Source: Tricharina praecox (taxonomy: Eukaryota). Taken from it: a DNA stretch of 64,000 bases. Under the pieces are notes generated by a model that saw only the letters and a list, made by a program, of their open reading frames with translations, did no database searches and was not told where the DNA came from. Position 1 is the first letter of the stretch; each line of letters starts with the position of its first letter. Shown here in pieces: positions 38,834-50,380 of the stretch. The translations under genes and the position numbers were made by a program. The stretch is from the NCBI RefSeq assembly GCF_024521635.1, contig NW_026250410.1:1054001-1118000 (forward strand), read 5' to 3'.

Positions 38834-41022
38834 TCACATTCCGGGTGGCCGGCTGATGCCATACTGGGTTCCGGGAGGTCCGGCAGCGGTGCCTGGGGCG
38901 GCGCCGGGCGGGCCGGGCTGCTGGGCTTGCGCGTAGTATGCTTGGTCTATAGCTCGGTCAGTATATGCGCAAGATGAACATGTGAAGAACACTCACAGTA
39001 CTGCATGTATGCGGCGTATCCACCGTACGCAGCATACGGATCCACTCCACCAGCATTGGCATAGTACGCAGCGTAAGGATTGTATGCGGCCGCGGCGGCA
39101 GCAGGGTCGACTCCTGTGGGAGAGGCAGAAGGCGGAGGGGGAGGGGGCGCCGCAGAAGACGGTCCGGTTGGAGGCGGGGGAGGGGGCGGGGGTGATCCAC
39201 CGGTTGGCTGCTGTTGTTGCTGGTTGGGGACGTAACCCGAGCCGCCGCCGCCGCCGCCGCCACCACCACCAGCACCGTAGCCGGGGAAGCGCGTTGGCTG
39301 CGGCTGAGACTTGTGCTCCTCATACTGCAGCCGAACCGAACCTACTAGATCCTCACAAAGCTCCTTGGCGCGTTGAACCTCGCCGGGATCAGGACCGCTG
39401 TAACACGTCAGTAATGTCCCTCGCTGCAGAAAGGCGGGTGCACGTACGTTACGTGAAGGTACAACGGGTCATCGCTCTCCTCAGTACCGTGCTCTCTGAA
39501 CCCGGAACCACGGCCTTTGATCTGAACACGACAGCGAGTCTCCTGCTGGATGTGCTTGACGTACTGACCACCGTGGCCCACAACAGACGCGCGTAGGTTG
39601 AATCCGGGGATAGGCTCCAAACCAACTGGTATCCTCTCCTCGGGCCACTTGCGCTGTAACACAATTCCGTCAGCGCTGTGCCGTGGCCACCTCCACTAGG
39701 GATATACCAACCCTGCCGTATTCATCTCGCTCCACCGGCTCTGGTGGCTCCCGTCTCCGGAAGCGACGCTCATCCACAAGGTTGGGAAGCTCTTGTTTCA
39801 TGAGGTCCTCAATCTTCGCGACTGCCTTTTCGAGACCCTCCTTCGTGGTGCTGGTGATATGTAGGTAAAGCGGGGGATTCTGTATCCATCAATCAGCAAC
39901 CAACCATAGTAAGCAGGACGGGTGATCCCATACCGCAGGCGTCGCCATAGACTTGTCAGGATAGTAGGCTCCTCGGGTCGTCACATCTTGAAATCAAACT
40001 GCATGAGCAAAACATAGTCCTAAAAGGTATTGAGAAGGTGAGAAGGAGCGTACCCGCGCCAGTTTCTTCTTTGATCTAAGTAGGCACGGATGGAAGTCAG
40101 CGGCAAGACACGTAAGGGTTTTGTGCCATCTGTAATTGCACAGATGACATTTTAGTTCTATCATCACTACAGAAAGGTAAAAAGCTGGATGTCACATGAG
40201 TGCAACAACCAGTACCACCACCGAACAATAGGGAGGGAGGGGAGGATGAGAGGTGAGGTGAGGAGTAAGATGATGTATAGTCCAGGACTCGGAGGAGCTT
40301 TACCATTTTCTGAGTAGCACCCTTGGTCAGCGTATACCGGTTCCTAAGATCATTGACTTCGATGTCCTTGATGTAGTCGCCATCCGCGATGTACATCTCA
40401 CTGCTGAACGTGTTGGTAGCCGGGGGACTCGATGACTTGCCGATGCTCTATTGAACCGTCCAGTCAGCCTCCGCCCAAGTAGAGTATCACCAACATGAGG
40501 GGTCCAAACGCACCGAACGAATGGGGGGAACATCGACGTGTTGAACACCACGCTTCGCCTGGATCTGCGCATTGATCCTGGCAGCGGCCGCAGCTGTTGC
40601 GAGTTAGTTATACCCAGAATACGCGGTAGCTGTGGTGGTAGAAGCAGTGGTGGGTGGTACGAACCCGCAGCGGCAGCAGGATCCACAGCCTTCTTGACTA
40701 CAGGCTCGGCCGAGGGAGTAGCGGACGAGCGAGCAGTGACGGTGGTAGGACTCTTGCTACGGCGACGCGAGGAGCTTGCCGGTGAGCGAGAGCGGCGGTC
40801 TTCGCGTGGGTGGTCACGCTCACGTTCACGTTCACGATGTCCATGTCCAGTTTCACCGCGGCGATCGTCCCAGCGCGAGCGGCCAGAAGAACGTTCGCGA
40901 TCGCCACCATCCTCTCCTCCTCCACGGTGAGAATGTTGGTCTCGATCACGGTCGAGTCGTGGGTCCCTGGGTGCATCGTCCCATTTACTGCGCTTCCGGC
41001 GGTCGGGAGAGCCGTCCGTCAT
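38834..41022 (-). CDS. KH-domain RNA-binding/splicing protein (KHDC4/BLOM7-like), multi-exon
   Basis: RS/RD-rich N-terminus with RSKWD/RSRWD motifs; DGDYIKDIEVNDLRNRYTLTKGATQKMIKEETGADVTTRGAYYPDK; PPLYLHITST; FNLRASVVGHGGQYVKHIQQETRCRVQIKGRGSGF; Y/P/G-rich tail ending PPGM*. Confidence 0.9.
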
Positions 41023-41336
41023 TCCTGTTTGTGCAAGGTGGTGGATTGTTCGGACGATGTGTGGTTGAAGGTGGGATGTCAGGTTTGGTGGAAGAGTTGT
41101 CGTTGGGTTACGGTTTCGTGAGGGATCGGTTAACTCCCTAGATAACTGGAGAGGAGTTTGACGATCTCGAATTCACAGCACAGAGAAGAAGAAGTGTGGA
41201 AGTGAAGGCACGCCAGCAGCAAGCAAGCATGGTTACCCTAGCGTGCCAAGACACAGAACCTTTAACGTCCTTTTCCCTTTAAATTGACGATTTTGCACAA
41301 GCGGCGGAAGATGTGGTGGGGGAGAGAACGAGTGAG

Positions 41337-41343
41337 TGAGTCA
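41337..41343. promoter_or_regulatory. Gcn4/CpcA consensus site TGAGTCA upstream of ILV6
   Basis: Perfect 7-mer ~335 bp upstream of the ILV6 ATG, in the divergent promoter shared with the KH gene. Confidence 0.5.
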
Positions 41344-41676
41344 ACCATGAACTCTGGGGTATCTCGATGGTATCTTTGCGGAGAAGGGACCATTGCATAT
41401 GGGAATTGTCTGCGGATGAAAATAGCCAATGACCTCGGCAACTGTACATTAAAGAAATTGTCACATCCCCCGCGGCCCACTAGATATTCGGATTGCCGTT
41501 CGCCGCTGTAGACGGCGAAAGAAAAGTGGTTGTGGTGGGTGGTGCTAGGGTTTTTTTCTCTGATTCACCTCTGACCAACCTATTCCAACTTCTACATATC
41601 CCACCCTCACTCCCGCCCAATCCAACCCCACCCCTCAATCGTCCGTGTTCGTGGAGCTCTCCCCCCTCCAACAACC

Positions 41677-42686
41677 ATGGCCGCCCCTCGCACCCTCCTC
41701 CGCCTCGCCGCCCCGCGCCTCGCGCGTGCAAGCAGCAGCTCGTCCACCTCGGCACTGGCCTACAAAGCGCTTCACCGCCGCGTGAAGCCTCTCCCCACAT
41801 CCGACACGCCCGCGTGGTCGGCGTCGGCGGCAGTTTCCAGCATCCTCTACGAGACGCCCCTCCCCTCGTCCGCCCCGCCGAAGCGCCACGTGCTCAACTG
41901 CCTCGTCCAGAACGAGCCGGGAGTGCTTTCCCGCGTCTCTGGAATTCTGGCGGCCCGAGGCTTCAACATCGACTCGCTCGTCGTCTGCAACACCGAGGTC
42001 CCCGACCTCTCGCGCATGACCATCGTGCTGTCGGGCCTCGACGGCGTGGTGGAACAGGCGCGGCGACAGCTCGAGGACCTCGTCCCCGTCTGGGCTGTGC
42101 TGGACTACTCGACCACCCCGTTGATCCAGCGGGAGCTGCTGCTTGCCAAGATCTCGATACTGGGCCCGGAGTACTTCGAGGAGTTGCTAGCGCACCACCG
42201 CGAGATCACTGCGGATGGCGAGCACCACGACGTAGCCATTGCCGAGAAGGACTTCCATCCTAGCCAGCTGGCTGCCTCGGAGGCGCTAAGACACAAACAT
42301 CAGCACTTGCGCGCCGTCACGGACTTGACTCATCAGTTCGGCGGAAAAATTACGGATATCTCGGAAAACAACTGCATCGTTGAGCTGTGCGTACCGGTTC
42401 CACACTAATGACCGGGTGAATGGCGAGTGCTGATAGGATAAATAGCTCCGCGAAGCCCTCCCGTATCGACGCATTCCTGAAGCTGGTTTCTCCCTTTGGA
42501 ATTCTGGAGTCCGCCAGGACTGGTATGCAACCCTCCACTCTCATCCCGCTCTTGCCAGCGTATATTCTGACTCGATCCCTAGGTCTGATGGCCCTCCCCC
42601 GTACTCCCCTCGCCAAGAGCGGCGAAGAGCTCGAGACCAAGGAAGCCGAAGACGTCGTCGATGCCAGTGCTCTTCCCCCTGGTTAG
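41677..42686 (+). CDS. ILV6: Acetolactate synthase regulatory (small) subunit, mitochondrial, 3 exons
   Basis: Arg/Ala/Ser-rich presequence; HVLNCLVQNEPGVLSRVSGILAARGFNIDSLVVCNTEV; EQARRQLEDLVPVWAVLDY; LSAKPSRIDAF; ESARTGLMALPR; ends LPPG*. Confidence 0.96.
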
Positions 42687-43031
42687 ACGCCTTGACGCTC
42701 CGTTTTTCTTGCATTCCTGGGTTCGTTTGGTTCGATGGATTGGATTGCAGCATGGCGTGCGTGGTGACGGGATGTGATACCCTTAAGAAGAAGCAACACA
42801 TACACACAATGCACAAGCCATGTGGTAAATTCATGACCGTCATATCAGTACCGGTACATCTTTCCATATGCCGTATCATTCCAATCCATCCAACGACATC
42901 AAACAAGCAAACAAAACAAACAAAACAAACGCAAACGCCATTTCCAATGCCACCAAAGACCAAAAAATCAAGCACCCAAAACTCGTAAATGTACATGACT
43001 CATACGCAACCATGATCGCAATCCCCCACGT

Positions 43032-45876
43032 CTATAACCGTATATGCGCTTCGACCGGGTCACTGGCGTTGTAAAACACCTCCATGACCATATTGCCAAT
43101 ACTGATCTTTGTCATAGCCTGCGCATGAATCTTGAGCTGACCCCCGAGCGCCTTCTTCATCGCCTCATAGCCCACACTGTCCAGACTCCATTCGACAGGC
43201 AGCCTCGGCGACATCGTCCCGCCCCTATTACCAGGATTGATCAAAAACCTGTTTCTATAATCGATAGTGCCGAGCGTGCTGCCATTGTACAAAGCCGAGC
43301 CGTTTAACACATGCATTACGATCCCGTTGTACGGAAGCGGATTGCGGATGTAAAAGTCGGCGGTGGAGGAGAAGATGTGCATCTACGATGCGAGTTAGTT
43401 GCGAGGTCCGCGAGAGATGGTGGGGATGCTACTTTAGGCGCTTACAGTGGCGGATTCTATGAAGTGCTTCGACGGCTCAGAGGGGTCGCTCTGGCCGATG
43501 CGCGGCATTGGAATGGTGATTTTGAGGGAGGAGAGGGCTTTGCCGAGCTCGGGGAGGTGCGGGAAGGAGCCCTCGTGGGTGCTTAAGGTGAGAGTTGCGT
43601 TGTGGCCTATGGATGGTACATATTAGAGGATGCAATAGTAGTCATATGGAAAGAGGGACAACGGACCTGAGATGTAATTCCCCAGCAACTCCTCACCAGC
43701 CTTAACTCCCCTCTCACCACCGTACCTCTTCGGATCCCAAGACGCACTGACCACGATGCTATTCTTCCCCGGAACAACGTGCATATTCTTAATAGTTCCG
43801 TTTCCGATGATGAATCCATCGTGGCTCATGACGATATTGGAGTACGGAATGAACGCCTCCCACGGCATGGGGTTTTCCGCAGACACGCTGATCTTCAGGT
43901 TCATCGAGTCCTCAGTTGTACTTTCGATGACGATATCATTCAGCGTCGGAAACGGGAGCGCCGTGAAATCCGGCAGCCCGTCGAGGGTGATATTCCCGGA
44001 CGCGGGAAGCTTGCGCACGATGAACTCCCCGAGACTGGTGTTGATGTCCGCGTCCGCGGTTCCATTGATTCCCAGATTGATAGCCTTGCCACCTCCAAAC
44101 AGGATCTTGCGGACGACTTCTCCGAACGTGTCGTAGTCAGTCACGTCCAGCGGGGCGTCGGTCACTACGCCGCTGACGCGGAGAAGATTGTCCTTCCCAG
44201 GGATACGCTCCGAGGTGGCGGGGATCCACTCCTTGATGTTGAGTGTGCCGAACGCGTGCTGCTCGTAGGAAACGTCTGCCAATGCTCTGAGCTGCGTGAT
44301 GTTGATGGGCAGGGTCATCTCCTTCGGGAGTGCAATCACGGCCTCAACTGTTGCGCTGAGAAGCGGCGCAACGTTGCCGGATTCGCCTGGTAGCTTGATA
44401 CTGACGTGCGAGAGTCCGAAGGATTGAACGACGTTATCGAACGTATTTCCGGGAACAGGAATCGGCACTGTGACGCTGCGGAGTAGCTCGACCAACCACG
44501 CCGGGGCCCGCCCACCATAGTTGACTCCATCTCCGCCCACGTAGACAACGGCTTCCTGCCCGTGGAGATAATTGCCGAGGAACTGATCCATGGGGGAAAG
44601 GTTGTTGTTGGGACAGACGGCTGTTAGGCCGGCTGGAAGCGAGCGAATGAGGCCTGCTACGTCGACTACGATATCGGTCTTCGGTTTGATGCTGATTTGA
44701 GAAGATGTGGCGCTGGCCGTCTTGATGTGAGAATCACTCTTGCAGCCGGGAAGAGAGACCTCGAATCCCAATGGAGACACATCGAAGGCGAAAGGGTATG
44801 GGTTCTCAATCACTACGGATACGTTGGCAAGGATCGCCCTCTTGTTATCGATCTCGACCTCTTGAACGTGGAGTCTGGTCAGTTCGTACGTGGGAAGTTC
44901 GGGAAGGTCTGAAGATATTGTCAGCTGCCATGACTCCGTGTACCTAACTGTTGGAAGAAATATTACCTGTCAGGATCAATTCCCGAATCATCCTGCCAGG
45001 ATTCACAGACACAAACCATTTCCTTATCCTCAGGTCCACCTCGCCCAAGACTTTGACAGAATTCAAGTTCCCGGACAGATAATCGTTCGCCAGCAAACGG
45101 ATAGTATCGACGGAGCCCGGTTGCGTGTCCGTTACGAAGTAGAGATTCGTCGTGTGTCCATTCCTTATATCAATAGTCATTCCCGGGACCCTCGCCGTCC
45201 CCACGAGGGCATTATCGTAGTCGGGCAGATGTACGCGCACGTCAAACTCCTTCACGCTGACATGTCCCACAACAAAAGTCCCGATCCTTCCCAGCGTGCG
45301 CACGCCCCAGCCCTTCACCCGGCGCGCGTCGACATTGACTTTGGCCTGCACAGCCACCTTGACACCCTTGTCGGTGAACGAGTCGACACCGACGCTGTCG
45401 ATGTCCAGCGCCACCGCATCCTGCGCATATCGCTCTGCTGCAGCAGGAACGAAGAAGCCCAGCGAGAGAATCGCAAGTATCAGGCCGCACAGAGCGGCGA
45501 GCGCCACTACACTCCAGTTCCGTCGGCGGCGAGCTTTGTGCTGCGGTGTTTGCGGCTGTGAATGCGAGGGCGTCGACCGATAGGACCGAGGTTCCAGTGT
45601 TGTCAGGAGTGGCGAGTGCTCGGACGGATCTTGACGGGATTCTATGTTCGTGAGGAGAGCCGAGAGCGTCGCAGGCGTGGGTGCGTCGTATGAGAGTAGA
45701 GGCGTGCGCTCGGAGGAATGGTCTTCCTCTCCATCGTGATCATACTTTGAGTGCTTGGACCGCACACTTGACGCCTTTCCGTTCTGCGACTTCACACTGG
45801 GCGCCTTTCCGTTCTGCGACTTCACACTGGGCGCCTTGACGCTGACGGCTCGGATACTCGGCGTCCGCGAAAACAT
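43032..45876 (-). CDS. Single-pass membrane protein with repeated beta-rich (LEA2/DUF3712-type) domains; Tag1-like
   Basis: Cytosolic N-terminus with dileucine signals SERTPLL and SEHSPLL; RRRRNW followed by a TM helix and GFFVPAAAERYA; long luminal beta-rich region; typical C-terminal HIFSSTADF...SPRLPVEWSLDSVGYEAMKKALGG...AHIRL. Joined from ORFs 44944-45876, 43623-44813 and 43032-43382 by short introns. Confidence 0.8.
45772..45835. repeat. 30-bp tandem duplication in the Tag1-like CDS (APSVKSQNGK x2)
   Basis: cgcctttccgttctgcgacttcacactggg occurs twice in tandem. Confidence 0.9.
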
Positions 45877-47671
45877 GGCGACTTTGCGACGAACGAAGGG
45901 TATGGCCCGGAGGCGCGAAGGCTTGCTTTATTCTCTGGTGCTTGTCGCAATAGCCGGCTCCGAAGAAGAGATTCGCTGTCGTGAATGCCGAAGGTTTGTT
46001 CCGGGGTATCAGTACTGTGTGTACATGTAGCTGTCGAGCTTACAATTAGCGATATGTCGAGCTTGTGCGATAGCTGTGAGGTGCGCATACCTTCAATGCT
46101 GTATATAATCGAGGTGGCAATATATCGGAGGGGTTCTGCAGGTATCGCCCGTTGTTATCTTTCGACGGTTGTTCGTGCAGTCGTTACAGCAGAGCGATAA
46201 GGTAGTAGTTATGATGGTGGCTCTGTCTTGGGGGGAAGGGTTCCGCTGATGTAGGCTCAAAGTGGTGACGACAACGACAGCCACGTCGGTCGTGCCTGGC
46301 TTTGGGCCATCAAGCTGTGCCACCCACCTTCAGCCAGACTCCCGGTCCCGGGCATGGCGCTTATGGTTGAAACGATCGCCAACATCGAGTGGGATTAGTT
46401 ACTAGTAGATAACATACCCAGCCAGAGTACGTATGCACATACTGGGGCGGGGTACAGAATTCGTATCCTCGTCCATCCTTCTGTCGCTGACGAGAGGATA
46501 GGTCTTCTACTATTACAGCGCTTCAAGCTCTCGGATTCGCCTGATTGTGAATATCAATATGGGCTGAGCAATGAGCATTAGACGTGGCTGCCTTGAGTGC
46601 ATAGAGCGAATGGGTGCTAAATAGCGCTCATTCCCCGAGGATTTGGTATTCGGTTGCGAAGGCTAGAAAGAGAGGTCGGGATCCTCATCTCGAGTTCGCG
46701 ATGCGTTGCACGTCAAACGAAGGCAGTCTCTGTCGCGTGCGCAAATGTCAGGTGATTTGACAGGTTCGGAGTCGAGACATCTTCTTCACCTTTCACTCCA
46801 CTTCGAAAGGTCTGGCCGCCACGACTCATCATCGTTCCTTCCAACGCATCTCTCACTCGGAACCGAAAACCCGAACATTCCCCACAGTCCGTGCGGAGAG
46901 CGTGACTCACAGACATATCTACCGTATTCGCAGTGCCGATCAAGCGGCTCTCAACATCCGCGGGTATGATAGTATCTGCGCACCTCGCCGGATCTTTTCC
47001 CGACGGGATGAGCCATTCAAAAGTCCAATCGAATTGCTGCTGGACTCTTACCAACAGAATCGCTCTTCCAGACGAGAAGTTTGAACGGCGGCTTTCTAGT
47101 GGGGCGATAACCCAAATGTCGGGCGAGAGTGAATGAACCCTGAGTGACAACGACGTGGCTGTAACTCTAAACTCGTATGAGATTCCACTATTGCTTCGTC
47201 ACTGGATACCTATTGGTGTTCCACCGTGGTCGTTTCTCCACCAGGCCAGCGTGCTAGGTATCTATTCGATGGGCACACTCGGTGAGAGTGGAGCTCGACA
47301 AGGAGTATAATAGTAGAGACACATACAGGGCTGTTGAAGAATCCAACCTCTGATACGGCACGCTACATACAATCTTAATCTACCTATTGCTATGCTTAAT
47401 TCACGTGAGGTTTTGCGCGGGACAAGCAACTCCCATTTCACGATACCTGGTCCATATCGGTTTGGATAGATAGACGCGGTACCTCTTCGGCGAGGCGCTA
47501 AAGACGGCTGCCTAGCGGTCTCCGGCGCCTTTTACTCTGGAAAAATGTCCGCTATGTTCACCATCAAAGAGCACGAGGAACCACCCTGAGCAAAGTGTGA
47601 CCTAGAGCTGTTGATAGTGGAATACTGGCACATGTGTAGAGTACTCGGACCTTCTCCCTTCATGCGGGGTG

Positions 47672-47678
47672 GAGTCAT
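47672..47678. promoter_or_regulatory. Gcn4/CpcA-like site (ATGACTC on the minus strand) upstream of ARG3
   Basis: GAGTCAT ~200 bp upstream of the ATG; a perfect TGACTCA also occurs at 46903-46909. Confidence 0.45.
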
Positions 47679-47877
47679 AGCCCCAGTTAGAACGCCGTTT
47701 AAAAAATTAGAGTGCGTTGCACTAGATCTGCCCCGCGAATCGCGGAGCTCGCAAATAATCGGAGCGTAGTCGAAACGACAGGCTCACCATAAACCGCGAA
47801 CATCGCGACATCCAACCCCACCATCACCGACCCCACACCACCACCACCACCAGCGCCCCGCACTCAATCCAGAAGAA

Positions 47878-49005
47878 ATGTCTTTCTGCAAGTCAACTCT
47901 CCGTGCGGCCTCGAAGACAGCAGCGACTCGGCCATTGATATCGACCCGATCGGTATCGACCGCCGGGCCCGCCGCAAACCTTTCGACCTCGCCATTCGCG
48001 CCGCGACACTTCCTCTCCATTGCCGACCTCACACCCAAGGAGCTCTCCACGCTGGTCCGCCAGGCATCCAGGGCGAAACATGCAATCAAGTCGGGAAACA
48101 TCCCGTCGTCGCTGCAGGGCACGCTGGCCGGAAAGACCGTCGCTCTGATGTTCGCAAAGCGCTCCACCCGGACTCGAGTGTCGACCGAAGCCGCGGTAGT
48201 GTACATGGGAGGCCACCCAATGTTCCTCGGACGTGACGATATCCAGCTCGGGGTATGCCCCCCCTCCCCACCGTTTATCCCGCCACACTGACCTCCATCC
48301 CAGGTCAACGAGTCCCTCCACGACACCTCGCGGGTGATCTCCTCGATGGTCTCCTGCATCGTCGCCCGCGTAGGCCCGCACTCCGACATCGCCGAGCTCG
48401 CCAAGACATCTTCGGTGCCGATCATCAACGCGCTGTGCGACTCGTACCACCCATTGCAAGCCGTAACGGACATCCTGACGATGTCGGAAGCGTTCCCGAA
48501 GCTCGCGGGTCTCAAAGTCGCCTGGGTCGGCGACGCCAACAACGTTCTATACGACCTGATGATCGCGTGCGGCAAGCTGGGGATCAGCGTATCGGTGGCG
48601 ACACCGTCGGGCTACCCCGTCGACGCGGGCATGCTCGCCCTCGCGCGCGAAGCCGCGTCCACCTCCGGCGCCACAATCGAGACCTGCGGCGTCCCCGAGG
48701 AGGCCGTCAAGAACGCCAACGTCATCGTCACCGACACGTGGGTGTCCATGGGCCAGGAATCGCAGAAGGCGCAGAAGCTGAGGGAGTTCGCGGGCTTCCA
48801 GGTGTCGATGGATCTGGCTGCCCGCGGCGGCGCACACAAGGACTGGAAGTTCATGCATTGCCTCCCGAGAAAGCCCGAGGAGGTCACTGATGAGGTTTTC
48901 TACTCCCCTAAGAGTCTGGTGTTCACCGAGGCCGAGAATAGGCTCTACGCGGCTCTGGCGGCCCTCGAGGCGTTTGTCGTCAAGAAGGGGAAGTTTGAGG
49001 AGTAG
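47878..49005 (+). CDS. ARG3: Ornithine carbamoyltransferase, mitochondrial; intron 48253-48303
   Basis: Presequence; PRHFLSIADL; FAKRSTRTR; DIQLGVNESLHDT; PIINALCDSYHPLQ; WVGDANNV; TDTWVSMGQE; FMHCLPR; EAENR. Confidence 0.97.
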
Positions 49006-50380
49006 ATAGAGCGGCGGAGATGGAAATGAGGCTTTCGTGCTGACACACTCACACACCCTGTTCCCCGTCCGGGTGATGATCAGTGATATGCGTGATATGA
49101 CTACGAGAATTCGCCCCCATCTTATGCGCACCATGTCAATCTTGCCTGTGACTCAATCCCGGATTGACAACCCATCCATCCATCTTCATATCCCTCCATC
49201 GTACATACATAACCCATCCTGGGGCGCGCAGGAAGAACCGCAGGAAGAACTACAGTAAGATACACACTGCCGTACCGTAGATAACCGAAGTCGTTCCGTT
49301 GCGCGCGTGATCGTATGTAGGTAGAGTAGAGTACATACGAGGGATTTTGGGATGGATGTGGTCCATTGGTAATGGTATCACTCGCCACCCAGGTAGGAAA
49401 GTAGTATCGCAGACGGGTTGAGGTCAAGATATTTGAGCCCGTTTGGAACGCTGACGTTCTTAAGCGCTCATTGACCATCTTTGAAGTTTGAGCATTCCAA
49501 GCCCTCGTTCTTTCCACTCCAGAGTTGAATAACCAGTCGGAGACGGTATGTACCCAAGTATGCACGGCACATGTGCCTCACGAGTCACCATGAATCCCCA
49601 CCACCAACTCACCGGCTGACAGCTGCAGCCTGGGAGAACATCCACCAGCCACTTCTGCACCAGCCACTTCTGCACCAGCCACCCACCAAGATCCACTCCG
49701 AGTATGCACTCAAGCAAGTACCGGGTATGCAGCGACGACTTCCTTATGCTGCGCAGTCACCAACCTGCACTGCAGCCAATCTCTCACCAATCTGCAGCCA
49801 ACAGCCCCCATCCCCTGTGGCAGGCACCCAAAGCCAAAAACCAAATGCCAAAACGATCGATCGATCTGTCGGTGCCAAAAAAAAGAAGAAAAAAAAGAGG
49901 AGTAGCACACTTTAAGGATGAGTTCTGAATGCGGATGGACGAGATCGCCGTATCGCGGTTCTTCGTCGATCACTCTAGAGGACTATATTCGCCAGTCTGG
50001 ATGGACGCCGGATGGAGGGCTTCTATGGGCTTCTATGGGCTTCTGTACAGCTGGCGGTACCGTATTCCTTCGTTCTACTGGAGTATATCCATCCATCGTG
50101 GGTTATTACTGGCAGGTTTTCTGCGATGGCCCTACTCCCGGGGAGCTGTACCTAGGTTGTTTACGATAGCTGTAGCTGTGAATTCTCGTTTCGCCTTCTT
50201 GGGCTTGCCACAGAGTACTTCTTCATAGGCACTTATATTCGCCCAGAACATTGCACATACCAATAGCTCGAATTGATACTTCCCCAAGTTGTTCTGGATA
50301 AGTATCATGACAAAAATCCTGTGGAAGGAAGGAAGGATATGCACTGGAGTATCAAAGACTGCGAGTATGCACCTACCTAC

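Noticed and set aside
46350..47600. Gene-free stretch with an intron-like GTACGT...GCTGAC...TAG
   Set aside because: No open frame or recognisable product could be built; insufficient support.
49122..50350. ORF 49122-49565 and protein-like fragments between ARG3 and the ligase
   Set aside because: No recognisable transposase, viral or host motif; only short local repeats.
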